The position numbers were made by a program, and so were the translations under genes. From Candidatus Poribacteria bacterium (GTDB lineage: Bacteria > Poribacteria > WGA-4E > PCPOR2b), in NCBI GenBank assembly GCA_965215015.1, contig OZ244042.1, forward strand, positions 800,001 through 864,000: 64,000 bases of DNA, given 5' to 3'. Of this stretch, positions 1 to 10,692 are shown one piece after another. Under the pieces are notes generated by a model. It saw only the letters and a list, made by a program, of their open reading frames with translations. It was not told the DNA's origin and searched no databases. Position 1 is the stretch's first letter; each line of letters opens with the position of its first letter.

Positions 1-1038
1 ATGACGACGGACGATTTCAACGCTGGTTTTGACGCCGGGTGCAGGAGTCTTGCCGAGATGCAGGAGCCGTGCGTCGCCGACCACAAGCGAGCAGTAGGTG
101 CCCACGAAATGCTGCTGAAGCGGTTTGATGGTCAAGCCACCCGTACCGATCAACTCGATTCATATTTCCATGTCTTTGATGCGTACCGCAAGGTCGGACG
201 CGCCGCCGATTGGTTGGAGCAAACCGAAGATATAGTCGAGCAAATCGGTGATGAAATGACACTGATGCATCGCGCACTCTACACACGTGAACGCGGTAAA
301 ACGTTGCGAGAATGGAGGCACCATCAAGAAGCGGCTGATACCTTTGAAACGTTCATCGACTGGCTCAAAAATACGGAGATAAGGGACCCGGAAAAGCAGG
401 CACTTCTCATTGGGGCACAGGGTGACCATCTCCATCTCGCACCGACCTATTATCGGCTCGGTGAACATCAAAAGGTGAAAGTGCTGCTTGCAGAAGCCGA
501 AGCCAACCTTGAGAGTTATCTTGTTGAGCGAGATGCCGTATTGGCAAGTATCACCGATCAAAGCGAGACAACGCGCAAACGGCTGGAGCGAATTTACCAA
601 AGGGCGGGAGATTATCCCACGGGAGGGAGTGTGGCGGATATCCGTCACTGGCTTAATCGGAAGTATTTCATAGGAATCCACATCGCCACGACTTGTCTCG
701 CTCTGGGCTGCTCAGAGATAGGGGAGGGAGAGGCTGCTATCCGCCTATTGAATCGCGCGGCGCAACATTGGGAGCAGCACCGAGATTATATCGAGGAAAA
801 GGGCATGGTGTGGTCGTCCGGGGGAAGAATCATGGCGTGGTTAGCAGCGATGGCGCTAAAATTCCGCAACGACCGCGAAGCAAGTCTTGAATATCTCAAG
901 CGAGCTCACGAGGATCGGCGACGTGCAGCACGTGGTTCAATTAAGCGTTTTTTTGAGACTGACGACGCCTTCGAGCCCGTGCGGCATGACCCCGAGTTTC
1001 TTGCGGTTGTGAATGCTCCGGTGGTTAGGGGGTGTTGA
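1..1038 (+). CDS. Hypothetical alpha-helical/TPR-like protein (may extend left of window)
   Basis: 345-aa ORF, helical A/L/E/R-rich; C-terminal 'DDAFEPVRHDPEFLAVV' resembles the cap ending TPR arrays. Confidence 0.55.
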   Translation: MTTDDFNAGFDAGCRSLAEMQEPCVADHKRAVGAHEMLLKRFDGQATRTDQLDSYFHVFDAYRKVGRAADWLEQTEDIVEQIGDEMTLMHRALYTRERGKTLREWRHHQEAADTFETFIDWLKNTEIRDPEKQALLIGAQGDHLHLAPTYYRLGEHQKVKVLLAEAEANLESYLVERDAVLASITDQSETTRKRLERIYQRAGDYPTGGSVADIRHWLNRKYFIGIHIATTCLALGCSEIGEGEAAIRLLNRAAQHWEQHRDYIEEKGMVWSSGGRIMAWLAAMALKFRNDREASLEYLKRAHEDRRRAARGSIKRFFETDDAFEPVRHDPEFLAVVNAPVVRGC

Positions 1039-1326
1039 CATTTGAGGACAGCACGTCGGTCCAAGACTCTCGGAACGGAGTTGGGTTGAACGGGAACCTG
1101 AAACCCAATCCAAAGGAAGTGGAAAACAGTAGTAGGCATACACCGTATACCTACTACTGGCAACTTACCTTATCATCGTCCAAGTTGCTAGATAGCCCGT
1201 AGGTCGAGTTGCCATACTCGACATCTACTAGAAACAACTTATAGACGGAACACCAACCCGCCGGGCGAGGGAGCCAAGACCTTACCTATCGACGAATTAC
1301 AGACACGACTCACATAAATGTCAACA
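1033..1326. mobile_element. MITE-like element, TIR TGTTGACATTT...AAATGTCAACA, containing REP-like hairpins
   Basis: 11-bp TIRs at 1033-1043 and 1316-1326; its first ~58 bp recur inverted at ~38000-38057. Confidence 0.6.
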
Positions 1327-1370
1327 GAACCTAACCGGTAACTTTCATTGTTTGAAATTCGCACAAGAGA

Positions 1371-2825
1371 TCATTCAAAAGCAACGGAGAAGAGTTCTGC
1401 AGAGCGCAGTTTCACGTGCAAGACAATCGGTTTCCCCTCTGGCACATTGATATCGGACTCGCCGTTCCATGTTACAATCTTGTTCGACCAATCGCCGGTG
1501 AGTGGATCGCAGTCGGCCATAGAACGTCCCACCATCCCCTCAATCCCAATGCCAACCTTACCCGCCATCGGTGCACGGAAATTCAGTCGAATCTGCCGAC
1601 CTGAAGGGAGAATCGGAACAGTCCAAAATTCGCCCTCGTTGTCGGTGGTCACCGCACAGAGCCGGTCTTTCTGCCACCATGCCCACCCCATGTCCGCTGC
1701 AGCAAAAATCGCGGGCCAGCGTGGAAACTTGTGCGGGTACATCGTCCCGGAGTAGGGAATGGCAATCTTGTCCGCACCGAGGGACTGGAGGTCTTTCCCT
1801 GTACCGATAAATTCGCAATCCCATTTCCCTAATTCGCCGGGCGTCAGAATGGGACCACCGGGGATCTGATTCCACGCGATACCATCCTCGCTTGAATAGA
1901 GCCGCACCTCGCTACGTTCAGTGTACCGGTGATAGAGCATTGGAAGCATCAACTGATACTCCGGAAGTTCGGGATAGGAGCTATAACCGTTGAGATAGAA
2001 ATCATAGTCCGGCGGATCTTCAAGGCGGGGCCAAATAATAGGCACCACAGGCGTCCAGTGCATAAAGTCCTCCGCTTCTGCCCGTCCGATCCAACGTCGT
2101 CCGTTGCGAAACATACGGGTGTACATCACGTACCGTTCCAGCGTTTCGTTCCACAATACGGTGGTGTCCGTATCGCTCGGATGCAACATAAACGGTTCAG
2201 GTAAGACGGTCCAGTTGCTCCCGTCGGGCGAAACGGCGGCGAACATTCCGAATCGTCGCTCCCCTGATATCCGGTCATCCCGATGGCGCGGTTGACGGTT
2301 GAAATACGCTGTAAGCTGTGGCTGAAACATGCCTTCCTCGAATTGGGCGCAATAGATAAACTTGTAACGCTGGGATTCGGGGGCATGTGGATCAATGAAA
2401 AAGGTCATCCCGTCGAAGCCACGCTGTCCTGGCACATTGATTTCGTCCCACGTCGGTTCACTCCAGTGAAAGCCATCCAGCGATTCAATCCCACAGATGG
2501 CGACAGAGGTGATGGTGTCGGTATGTGCCACTGATCCTGAGCCCAACATTGAAATCCCGTTGACCTCAATATACCAAGTGCGATACCGCTCCCCATCGAA
2601 GATGACTCTGCCCCAACCTCTGTAACCTTCCATTTTCCCCGCTTTACGCGCCGGTTGTGCCTGCAATCGGATGCCACGTGGGACCAACCGAGGCTCAGCA
2701 CGCATGGGGACCTGTGGTCCGGGAGGCGTGCCGACCCGATAATGCTCCCCCTCCGCTGTCAACCAAGCAACCGCTCCACACTGTATATCCCGCCAATCTG
2801 TAAACAGAATTTTCTTTCTTCTCAC
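1371..2825 (-). CDS. GH32/GH43-like five-bladed beta-propeller protein with C-terminal beta-sandwich
   Basis: 484 aa; Asp-box-like motifs 'SLDGFHW', 'SPDGSNW', 'SEDGIAW'; 'SDTDT'; paralogous to 36234-37727. Confidence 0.6.
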   Translation of the reverse strand: MRRKKILFTDWRDIQCGAVAWLTAEGEHYRVGTPPGPQVPMRAEPRLVPRGIRLQAQPARKAGKMEGYRGWGRVIFDGERYRTWYIEVNGISMLGSGSVAHTDTITSVAICGIESLDGFHWSEPTWDEINVPGQRGFDGMTFFIDPHAPESQRYKFIYCAQFEEGMFQPQLTAYFNRQPRHRDDRISGERRFGMFAAVSPDGSNWTVLPEPFMLHPSDTDTTVLWNETLERYVMYTRMFRNGRRWIGRAEAEDFMHWTPVVPIIWPRLEDPPDYDFYLNGYSSYPELPEYQLMLPMLYHRYTERSEVRLYSSEDGIAWNQIPGGPILTPGELGKWDCEFIGTGKDLQSLGADKIAIPYSGTMYPHKFPRWPAIFAAADMGWAWWQKDRLCAVTTDNEGEFWTVPILPSGRQIRLNFRAPMAGKVGIGIEGMVGRSMADCDPLTGDWSNKIVTWNGESDINVPEGKPIVLHVKLRSAELFSVAFE

Positions 2826-2875
2826 CCCTACCTCCTCAACACATAAGCTGTAGCGAATTAAAAAGGACTAGTGAA

Positions 2876-4039
2876 TCACGCACTAACTCGAATCGGGGCC
2901 CCCAACCCCCACGCTAAGAACCGGCGGGCTTCTGATTCAATCACCTCTATCCCCAACCCTGGGGCTGTCGGGACTGTGATATGGCTATTTACCTGATCAA
3001 AGATTGGATCCGTGAGGTTCTCACGAATGGGATGAGGCGTCCGATCAAACTCCATAACGGATTGATTAATGTAGGGTTCGGGACAGTCGGAGGGTGGGTT
3101 TGACGGCAGACAAGCGACCACATGCAGTGTCGCCGATAGGCTGATGCCGGTGCCCCAAAAATGCGGATTGAAATGCACGCCAAAAGCGTTTGCCATATGA
3201 CCGAGTTTGAACATCTCTGACACCCCACCGGCGTTGACGATGTCCGGCTGAATAATGTCAAACATACGGCTGGCAAGGCGTTCGGCAAATTCATATCGGG
3301 ACTTCAGACTTTCTCCGCCGGCGATTGGCATCAGACCCAACTGTTGCACAAGCAGGTTGCCCCCATCATCGTAAGATCCACACGGCTCTTCAAACCACAT
3401 CAGATCTGCGTCAGCAAGCTTTTGAGCCATCCTAACAGCCATTGTCGGGCTATAAGCCTCGTTTGCGTCTACCATGAGATGCGCTTGCGGACCAAGCACC
3501 TTACGAAGATGATACACCCGCTCAATATCCTCGCCGACTGGCTTGCCACCAATCTTCATTTTCATCCCGGTAAAACCTGCCTGAGCGTATCCAAGTGCTT
3601 CTTCGGTCAAGGCATCGGGAAAATCGTCCTCCGTGTAGTAAAGTCCGGTGGCGTATACAGGGATGCGGTCACGCACACTGCCGCCTAGCAACTCACACAC
3701 CGGCAACCCGGCGGCTTTTCCGGCAATATCCCACAGTGCCATATCGAACGCACTCATGGCGAGCATCTGCGATCCGGCAAACCCGTGACCTTGATACCTA
3801 AGTGTATATAGCATCTGCCAAATCGCTTCTGTGCGTCGGGGGTCTTTGCCGATAAGCAGTGGAGCAAGCATCTCCATTGTTCGGGCATCGCCACTTTCAC
3901 CCCAGCCATACGTCCCGTCATCAGCGATGATTTTCACCGCGGTTGTCATCCGTTCGTCTGTCCATCGCTGAGACCAACCGAACGGTTTCGATAGTTTTGA
4001 TTGAAGCGGATATATCTCGATTTGTTCTATTTTCATCAA
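2876..4039 (-). CDS. Mandelate racemase/muconate lactonizing enzyme family protein
   Basis: 'DMALWDIAGK', 'KMKIG', 'LMVDAN', 'WFEEP', 'GGE', 'IIQPD'. Confidence 0.92.
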   Translation of the reverse strand: MMKIEQIEIYPLQSKLSKPFGWSQRWTDERMTTAVKIIADDGTYGWGESGDARTMEMLAPLLIGKDPRRTEAIWQMLYTLRYQGHGFAGSQMLAMSAFDMALWDIAGKAAGLPVCELLGGSVRDRIPVYATGLYYTEDDFPDALTEEALGYAQAGFTGMKMKIGGKPVGEDIERVYHLRKVLGPQAHLMVDANEAYSPTMAVRMAQKLADADLMWFEEPCGSYDDGGNLLVQQLGLMPIAGGESLKSRYEFAERLASRMFDIIQPDIVNAGGVSEMFKLGHMANAFGVHFNPHFWGTGISLSATLHVVACLPSNPPSDCPEPYINQSVMEFDRTPHPIRENLTDPIFDQVNSHITVPTAPGLGIEVIESEARRFLAWGLGAPIRVSA

Positions 4040-4085
4040 TTTTCCTTCCGTTGTGGAGAAATCTACTCGCTAAAAAAAGGGGAAA

Positions 4086-5252
4086 TTACCTTCGTCCGAG
4101 TCGCTGATCTTCCGCCGCTAGCCACTCGGTATAGTCGCGGGGCATCGGTTCAGGTGGTGCTAAGCCCTGCTCACGTCGCCAACGGAGCAGTGGATGTTCA
4201 AGGCATTTTTGGGGCAGATCAATCCGTTTTCCATACGCCGCCGACTCAAAAATTCCCATCATAATACCCACGATGTGATGCCCTGCCGCACCGCTGCACT
4301 CGTGATCGCGATCCTGGTCTAAGGCAGAAACGTACTCTTCAACGAACCAGTAATCATCCAATTTGGCTGGACTTGAGCGGTCATAGTGTTCCGGGTAGAC
4401 TGGCTCCAGCGACTCCCATTGATCCGGTTTCCCCTCTGGAATGTAGACAGGCTGCGACAAATGCCATGCGCCGCCTTTGATGAGCAGACATGCCGATCCG
4501 AATAGTTTGCCTTCAGTGCCGACAATCTCCATCACCGGATTTGTGCCAGCTGGGAAGCGGTGTTGTAGAAGATTGGCGGTGACACCGTTGTCAAAGTGCA
4601 GCGTTGCGGTGATAGACTCGCCGGCAATCGTTCCCATGCCGAGCGGGGATGGGACAACATCCTCGGGTGTGATGGGACGACAATCGGTCAGCGCAACGGC
4701 GGAAACACTGCGACAATGACCCGCAAACTTCAGCATATTGTTCAGTTGATGGGTGCCGATGTTCATCAACCCCAACCCGCCGTAGTAGGCTTTGCCACGG
4801 CTGTTGATGTAACGGAGTTCGCCAATCGTCCCTTTTGTGAACGCCTTGTACATCGCCCGCATGAGCGCACCAACGCGCCCTTGGTGATGTACCGCCACCC
4901 GAACCCCCTTCTCCTTTGCCTTCGCTATCACCGCACTCGTGCCTTCGAGGTCAACGCACATCGGCTTTTCAACTTCAATATGGACGCTGTGTTCCAACAC
5001 CCTCATGCAGAGCGGGTAATGGAACTCTGTCCCTGTCGGGATAGCCACGATGTCGGGTTGAGTCTGGACAATCATCTCGTCCAAGTCAGTAAATCGGGCA
5101 ACGACACCCAACTCGTCGCCGAGGGTGTCGAGTCGTTCCTGGATCAGATCACACAATGCGACAACTTCAATGCGTGGATGGGCGTGATAGGCGCGCCCCG
5201 CGGCGGTCCCTCGTCCACGACATCCTAAAATTGCGACGCGATAGGTTTTCAT
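4086..5252 (-). CDS. Gfo/Idh/MocA family oxidoreductase
   Basis: 'VAILGCRGRG', 'EKPM', 'GTH'; AGGAGG RBS before ATG 5252. Confidence 0.9.
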   Translation of the reverse strand: MKTYRVAILGCRGRGTAAGRAYHAHPRIEVVALCDLIQERLDTLGDELGVVARFTDLDEMIVQTQPDIVAIPTGTEFHYPLCMRVLEHSVHIEVEKPMCVDLEGTSAVIAKAKEKGVRVAVHHQGRVGALMRAMYKAFTKGTIGELRYINSRGKAYYGGLGLMNIGTHQLNNMLKFAGHCRSVSAVALTDCRPITPEDVVPSPLGMGTIAGESITATLHFDNGVTANLLQHRFPAGTNPVMEIVGTEGKLFGSACLLIKGGAWHLSQPVYIPEGKPDQWESLEPVYPEHYDRSSPAKLDDYWFVEEYVSALDQDRDHECSGAAGHHIVGIMMGIFESAAYGKRIDLPQKCLEHPLLRWRREQGLAPPEPMPRDYTEWLAAEDQRLGRR

Positions 5253-5467
5253 ATGACCTCCTAAGTCCAATCAGGATTTTCAACCAAGAATCTCTTATCT
5301 TATTCTTTGATTCTGTTAATCCTTTAATCTGGTAAATCCTGATTCGCTTTCGTGCTTGACGTTGCTTGCAGACAATGGTATAGTAGATTGTGTATTTTAT
5401 TGTATAAGGTTTTGGACATTAATTCAACCGGATTATCATCCGATTTCCTGCACGCATCTAATTCCCT

Positions 5468-7099
5468 TTGCCATCAATAAAACTTCGACTCTCTAAAAGG
5501 CAGCTTATTATCCTTTGTGCAATCGTCATCCTCCTGCTCCTGATTATGCTGGTTTATCATCAGACCTCTCTCTGGGAGCCGGGTCAGAGTCTCTTTACTT
5601 TCCTCCCCGATGCACCAATCTGCTATGTAAGTGTGAAGGACCTTGGAAGCTTCATCGAGACCTTTCAACGGAGTGAATTTGGGGTGCAAACGGCCCAGAT
5701 GCCCATCCTTGCAGAGATTCGTAGGGAATTCTGGTGGCGGCGGCTCATGTATCAGAAGCAGCGGTGGGAGTTGGAAATGGGTGGGAAACTCGACCTCAAC
5801 CGGCTGCGAGGATACTTGGGTGAAGAAGCGATCTTGAGTATCTATAAGCGGAACGGTAAAATTTCATTTCTGCTCATCACCGCCCTCGGAGCGCAGCAAA
5901 AACTGGAAATTGTCACACTCACTGCGACAGCATCCATCAACCCTAAATACAAACGGTTGAAAGAGAATTATAGAAAACTGGAAATCAATACTATCACAGG
6001 CTATCCACAAGATTTCAGCTATGCCTTTATTGGCAAGATTGGTCTGTTAGCAACAGATAAATCCTTGATCCAGGATACGGTTGACATCTACGCTGAACAG
6101 AAGCAGAGCTTTACCGCGCTAGCGGCTACGGGAGACTATCTGGGCAAACAGTATGAAACCGCTCGTAACACCATCTATATTAATCCCGCCAAATTTACTG
6201 AAGTTTTTAAGTTTGCCCCATCCCTCAAATCATTATTACAGGGAATCGATGTGTGGACGTTCAGCAATCGCTACGAGGATGGCGTTATCTACTCACAACA
6301 CCGAATGATTAGGAACACCGATTCGCAATCCCGACAATCCCCACGTTTGATAGACGAAAAACTGTTTTCGATGCTTCCCGCAACAACCGCATTTCTGATT
6401 GCAAATAATGATGCAAACTTCACAGGGTTGTGGCAACAGGCGAAAACAAATTTGCCCTTGAAATATCAGGGAAATGAGATTGATTTATCGCGTCATCTTG
6501 AAGCTAGAACTGCGCTGGCATTGTTCCCTCCCCCGGCAGGTGTCCCCGCGTTAGTGCCTTCGGTGCTCCTGATTTGCCCAATTCAGGACCGAGCGAACTT
6601 AGAAGCGGCTTTAACAAAATTTAAGCGGACCAAGATTTCTATCAACGGTAAACCGATCCGATTTCCACCTCCGGTAAAGCATCGAGACATTGAGCTACAA
6701 CCGATACAACTTCAACTTGGTCTCATCTTCGCCCTAAAGGGAGGATATGCGCTTCTCGATAACTACTGGGTCGTCGGCACAACGCTCGGCGGAGTGAAGT
6801 CTGCTATCAACGCCTCCACTGGGCAAGAGGTTGCGCTGGCTGATACGAAAATGCCGGATTACTTACAGCGTCCAAGCCACAGTCATATCCGGATTCAACC
6901 GAGCCTTTTGGTTCCGGAATTGAAACGTCTGCTTCCGATCGCCAGTTTGATGTTTCCACAACAGATTGAGGCAAAACTGATTCGGCGCATAATGGATAAC
7001 CTATCCCCATTGGAAGCACTCGGATTGGTCACCGCCGGCATCAATTTCAACGATGATTTTGTGGAGGCCGAAGTTCAGATCACTTTGGAAGGACAGTAA
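5468..7099 (+). CDS. Hypothetical N-terminally membrane-anchored protein (DUF3352-like)
   Basis: 543 aa; N-terminal hydrophobic helix; two 'LP..' modules ('TFLPDAP', 'SMLPATT'). Confidence 0.5.
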   Translation: MPSIKLRLSKRQLIILCAIVILLLLIMLVYHQTSLWEPGQSLFTFLPDAPICYVSVKDLGSFIETFQRSEFGVQTAQMPILAEIRREFWWRRLMYQKQRWELEMGGKLDLNRLRGYLGEEAILSIYKRNGKISFLLITALGAQQKLEIVTLTATASINPKYKRLKENYRKLEINTITGYPQDFSYAFIGKIGLLATDKSLIQDTVDIYAEQKQSFTALAATGDYLGKQYETARNTIYINPAKFTEVFKFAPSLKSLLQGIDVWTFSNRYEDGVIYSQHRMIRNTDSQSRQSPRLIDEKLFSMLPATTAFLIANNDANFTGLWQQAKTNLPLKYQGNEIDLSRHLEARTALALFPPPAGVPALVPSVLLICPIQDRANLEAALTKFKRTKISINGKPIRFPPPVKHRDIELQPIQLQLGLIFALKGGYALLDNYWVVGTTLGGVKSAINASTGQEVALADTKMPDYLQRPSHSHIRIQPSLLVPELKRLLPIASLMFPQQIEAKLIRRIMDNLSPLEALGLVTAGINFNDDFVEAEVQITLEGQ

Positions 7100-7178
7100 C
7101 TGATACAAGCTGAGGGGGGAGTGGGCATAATTGGAGACGCATTATAGCAGAATTCAGAGGAGGGGACCTGGGTCAATC

Positions 7179-7228
7179 GTAGAGGCTTGGTTCCTACGCC
7201 TGATGGGTTGGGAGACCCAACCCCTACG
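7179..7228. repeat. GTAG-type REP-like palindrome
   Basis: gtagaggcttggttcctacgcctgatgggttgggagacccaacccctacg: GTAG...CTAC ends, internal hairpins. Confidence 0.55.
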
Positions 7229-7323
7229 CATTGAGAGGTATTAAGAGATAAACACATCAAAACCTATTTATGAGCACCCCTCAGCTAAGAGATCTGTCCC
7301 TTGAATTTGACTCAGGAGTTGCT

Positions 7324-8469
7324 ATGGAAAATCAAGAAATCAAAATTATACATGTCGAAAGTGAACTCTACCAATGGGATAAACCACCAATCTGGAACGG
7401 TCTGCATATCTATGACACAGGTAGACTTCATCTGGTGCGAGTGCGGGCGATAAGTGGGGCAGAGGAGGTTGTCGGCTACGGCTTCAATGGAGGCACAGCA
7501 GCGACGCGACCGCTTCAGATGTTCCCAATGTATGTCGACCAGTTCAGACCACAGCTGATAGGAAGATCCCCCATAGATACCGCGTATGTGTCTCAATTGG
7601 CGGATAATTTTAAGATATACGGTCCAGGGGGCTATCACACACAGGTACTGGCTGCAATCAATCAGGCATGTTGGGATATCAAGGGGAAAGTCGCGGGAAA
7701 GTCGGTTCACCAGTTACTAGATGGTCAACAGCGACGGATTCGAGCGTATATTGCGGGTGGATACTACGGTAAAGATAAAGGGCTCGATGAGTTGAGAGAA
7801 GAGATGGATCGTAATGTCAACGAGTTTTTTGCAACCGCCGTCAAGATGAAGATCGGGGACAGAGACGCGGGCCTAGACAATGACATCAAACGGATAGAGG
7901 CGGCGCGGCAGCAGGTTGGACCCGATATTACCTTGATGGTAGATGCCAACTGTGCACTGAGCCTTGAGGGAGCGATGGCTTATCTCCCTGTGCTGAAAGC
8001 AAACGATATCTTCTGGTTTGAAGAGCCGATTCCCAGTCACGATTACCGAGGGCATAAAGAATTGGCTGCAATTGCTAAAGATTACGATGTCCTAATCGCA
8101 ACGGGTGAAAACGGCTACGGGGCTCATCACTTTCAAACGTTGATCGATTATCAGGGAGCAGATGTTTTTAATATTGATGTCGCGATCTTAGCCGGTTACG
8201 AACCTGCCTTAGCGGTGGTGGAAGAATCTGCAACCCATCAGAAGTTGATTGCGCCCCATGGGGCGCAGGAACTTCAGGTGCATATCGCAGCGGCGCGCCA
8301 AAACGGTTTGATGCTTGAATACTATCCGCCTGCCGTGGATCCGCTGAGGGGTGAAATCTTTCTGCCGCAAATGTCATTGGAAAAGGATGGATACGTAACG
8401 GTGCCACAGAAACCGGGAATCGGTTTTGAACCGAACATGGCTCTCCTTGAGCAGCATCGTATCGGATGA
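7324..8469 (+). CDS. Mandelate racemase/muconate lactonizing enzyme family protein
   Basis: 'WDIKGK', 'KMKIG', 'LMVDAN', 'WFEEP', 'TGEN'; AGGAG RBS before ATG 7324. Confidence 0.92.
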   Translation: MENQEIKIIHVESELYQWDKPPIWNGLHIYDTGRLHLVRVRAISGAEEVVGYGFNGGTAATRPLQMFPMYVDQFRPQLIGRSPIDTAYVSQLADNFKIYGPGGYHTQVLAAINQACWDIKGKVAGKSVHQLLDGQQRRIRAYIAGGYYGKDKGLDELREEMDRNVNEFFATAVKMKIGDRDAGLDNDIKRIEAARQQVGPDITLMVDANCALSLEGAMAYLPVLKANDIFWFEEPIPSHDYRGHKELAAIAKDYDVLIATGENGYGAHHFQTLIDYQGADVFNIDVAILAGYEPALAVVEESATHQKLIAPHGAQELQVHIAAARQNGLMLEYYPPAVDPLRGEIFLPQMSLEKDGYVTVPQKPGIGFEPNMALLEQHRIG

Positions 8470-8606
8470 GATTTAAGATAACAATTCAAAGAGTTGATTT
8501 TATCAATCGTTCGCAATACAATGCGGTGCTTGTGCCGGCAGATAAAGCGTCCGGGCAACTTGTTAAATCAGCAGGAATGGAAATCTAATGATATAAGGAG
8601 GCTAAG

Positions 8607-9371
8607 ATGAGTTTAACAAATACACAAAAAGTGGATTATGAACGTGATGGATTTGTGATTTATGGGCCCATGCTATCAGAGGACAGGTTAGAAGTCCTGC
8701 GTGAGCGTGTGGATGCCTTGGCAGACGGTTCGCATCCCAATGCGGAGAAGGCAGGAGTGAGGCTGGAAGCTGCTGCTCAGAGAGGTGAACTTGAGGACGT
8801 GCTCCGTCGTGACAAGGTTTGGCAACTTTTAGACCCCCACCGTTACGATGAAGTGATTTTTGATCATGCCCGTAACCCGAAAATCCTAGACATCGTTTCG
8901 GAGCTGCTTGGTACGGAGGATATCAAACTATTCCACACCCAAACCTTGATGAAGCCTGCTTTCCATGGTTCAATTGTTTCTTGGCATCAGGATTCGGCTT
9001 ACTGGACTTCCGTGGATCCGCCGACACTTGTGAGTTGCTGGACAGCGTTGGACGATGCGACGGAAGAGAACGGTTGTGTGCGGTTGCTACCCGGCAGTTA
9101 CAAAAAGGGACTTTGGCCCCATGAACGACGAGATTTCCTGCACGCTCAAGGCATAGACGAATCAACGGCGGTTCCAGTGGTGTTGAAGGCTGGTGGATGT
9201 AGTTTTCATCACAGTTTGACCATTCACGGCAGTGGCGAAAATCGCACGCCACATCGCCGTCGGGGACTTGCGACCAGTTACATGCGAGCGGATTCTAAGT
9301 GGGTTGGCGATCCAGATCAAAAACGGGATTTCCCACTCTTGCGAGGCAGGGAATACCCTGGCCGTGTTTGA
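8607..9371 (+). CDS. Phytanoyl-CoA dioxygenase (PhyH) family Fe(II)/2OG oxygenase
   Basis: 'WHQD' (HxD), 'WTALDDATEENGC', 'IHGSGEN'. Confidence 0.92.
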   Translation: MSLTNTQKVDYERDGFVIYGPMLSEDRLEVLRERVDALADGSHPNAEKAGVRLEAAAQRGELEDVLRRDKVWQLLDPHRYDEVIFDHARNPKILDIVSELLGTEDIKLFHTQTLMKPAFHGSIVSWHQDSAYWTSVDPPTLVSCWTALDDATEENGCVRLLPGSYKKGLWPHERRDFLHAQGIDESTAVPVVLKAGGCSFHHSLTIHGSGENRTPHRRRGLATSYMRADSKWVGDPDQKRDFPLLRGREYPGRV

Positions 9372-9376
9372 ACGGA

Positions 9377-10279
9377 TTAAATAGTAAACGAAGCAGTGTG
9401 GATGCAAAAGCCAAGACTTTCATATAGATTCACCGCTGCGGTGCGATAAAATTGGGTGCCAACTTCCGTCGCGGCGATGCCCCGGTCGTGCAGATAATTC
9501 AGAGAACTAACCATCAGTGCTCTGCCGAGGCCGACACCTCTGTGGTCTTCATGGACGCCTGTCCAACCGATGCCGCCGGGGAACGTTCCGCTAATCTTTT
9601 TCCGATCATGGAGAACGATACCCGCACAGATGCCGACAGGCTCTCCGTCCTTTTCGGCAAAGAAGAATCCCTCCGGGGCAAAGTCCAATCGCTTGTTGAC
9701 ACCCAAGAAGGTTTGGGTCCAGAACTCCTCTGATGTCGATGAACTGCCAAACACTGCATTCTTGACTTCCGCCCAGGTTTGCTCATCGTTCTCTCGAAAT
9801 GTTCGCAGATTATACCCCCCTTGAATTGGGGGCGGCTGCGGCGTGTAGTCTCGCATGTTGAGACGCAGGATAAGCTGGTCGTGTTCAACTTCAATGCTCT
9901 CTCGCTCAAAATAGCTCAACATCTGACGATAAGGGGCGTCCAGCCAATTCGCTATGCCAATCCGTTTCGCACCCTTATCCTTTAGGAAGTTGATACATGC
10001 CCGCATCGGGGGAAGGCTGCGGCACTCGCCCCGGAAGTCGTCGGGTACACCCGTCCAACGGATTTCTCCCAACCCCTCCTCTACCATAGAGCTATATGCG
10101 AAACTGATCAGCTCGCCATCCATAGAACCGAGCGCGAAGATACCCGATTGTTCCAGTGCGCTCAAATCAGCCGCCGTGAGCGGCTGGAATCCGTGCACAT
10201 CGTCATAAGTATCATTTATCAAGGAGAGCACCGTGTTTCGATTTTTTGCGTTTAGTTTTTCGATGGTCAGGTGATCCAT
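9377..10279 (-). CDS. Tandem GNAT acetyltransferase (MshD-like architecture)
   Basis: 'WTGVPDDFRG' and 'WTGVHEDHRGVGLGRAL', 'AVNLYESLGF'. Confidence 0.85.
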   Translation of the reverse strand: MDHLTIEKLNAKNRNTVLSLINDTYDDVHGFQPLTAADLSALEQSGIFALGSMDGELISFAYSSMVEEGLGEIRWTGVPDDFRGECRSLPPMRACINFLKDKGAKRIGIANWLDAPYRQMLSYFERESIEVEHDQLILRLNMRDYTPQPPPIQGGYNLRTFRENDEQTWAEVKNAVFGSSSTSEEFWTQTFLGVNKRLDFAPEGFFFAEKDGEPVGICAGIVLHDRKKISGTFPGGIGWTGVHEDHRGVGLGRALMVSSLNYLHDRGIAATEVGTQFYRTAAVNLYESLGFCIHTASFTI

Positions 10280-10288
10280 TTTTTATCC

Positions 10289-10668
10289 TTTAGGACTTAC
10301 GCAGTTGAACCTTCAAAGGAAACACCAAACACTACTGCGCGACTGTCCAGGTAGGTTGAGCCAGGATTATGGCGCAATGGTCATGGTATCTTTCGGTGAC
10401 TCATCACCGGACAATACACTTCACGATGCCCGATGAATCGGGCAGCTCCAGTTCAGCAGACAGGAGTCGGCACACTCCACGTGCCCTCCCCCTGCTTGCG
10501 GGGGGATAGAGGGGGGTAATCCCGAATACCCACACAGTTCTCTTCCCCCTGCTTGCGAGGGGCTAAGGGGGAACACCCCGCCGGGTATTTAGCGGGGAAG
10601 GGGGTTATATGCCGTATGCATACTACTCTCGGGCGATTTATCGTCAAATCAAGTGCGTAACTCCTAAA
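10289..10668. mobile_element. MITE-like element, TIR AGGACTTACGCA...TGCGTAACTCCT, with internal CCCCCTGCTTGCG-GGGG hairpin repeats
   Basis: TIRs at 10292-10303 and 10654-10665; the same ends recur at 27932, 34480 and 35068. Confidence 0.65.
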
Positions 10669-10692
10669 GACAAGAGAATAAGACACCCATTT

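Noticed and set aside
4596-5228. Long antisense or alternate-frame ORFs (also 22529-23095, 40464-41135, 50639-51181)
   Set aside because: Shadows of well-supported genes, with no recognisable motifs.
10487-10570. CRISPR-like repeat CCCCCTGCTTGCG..GGGG
   Set aside because: Only two imperfect copies, inside a TIR element, with no cas genes.
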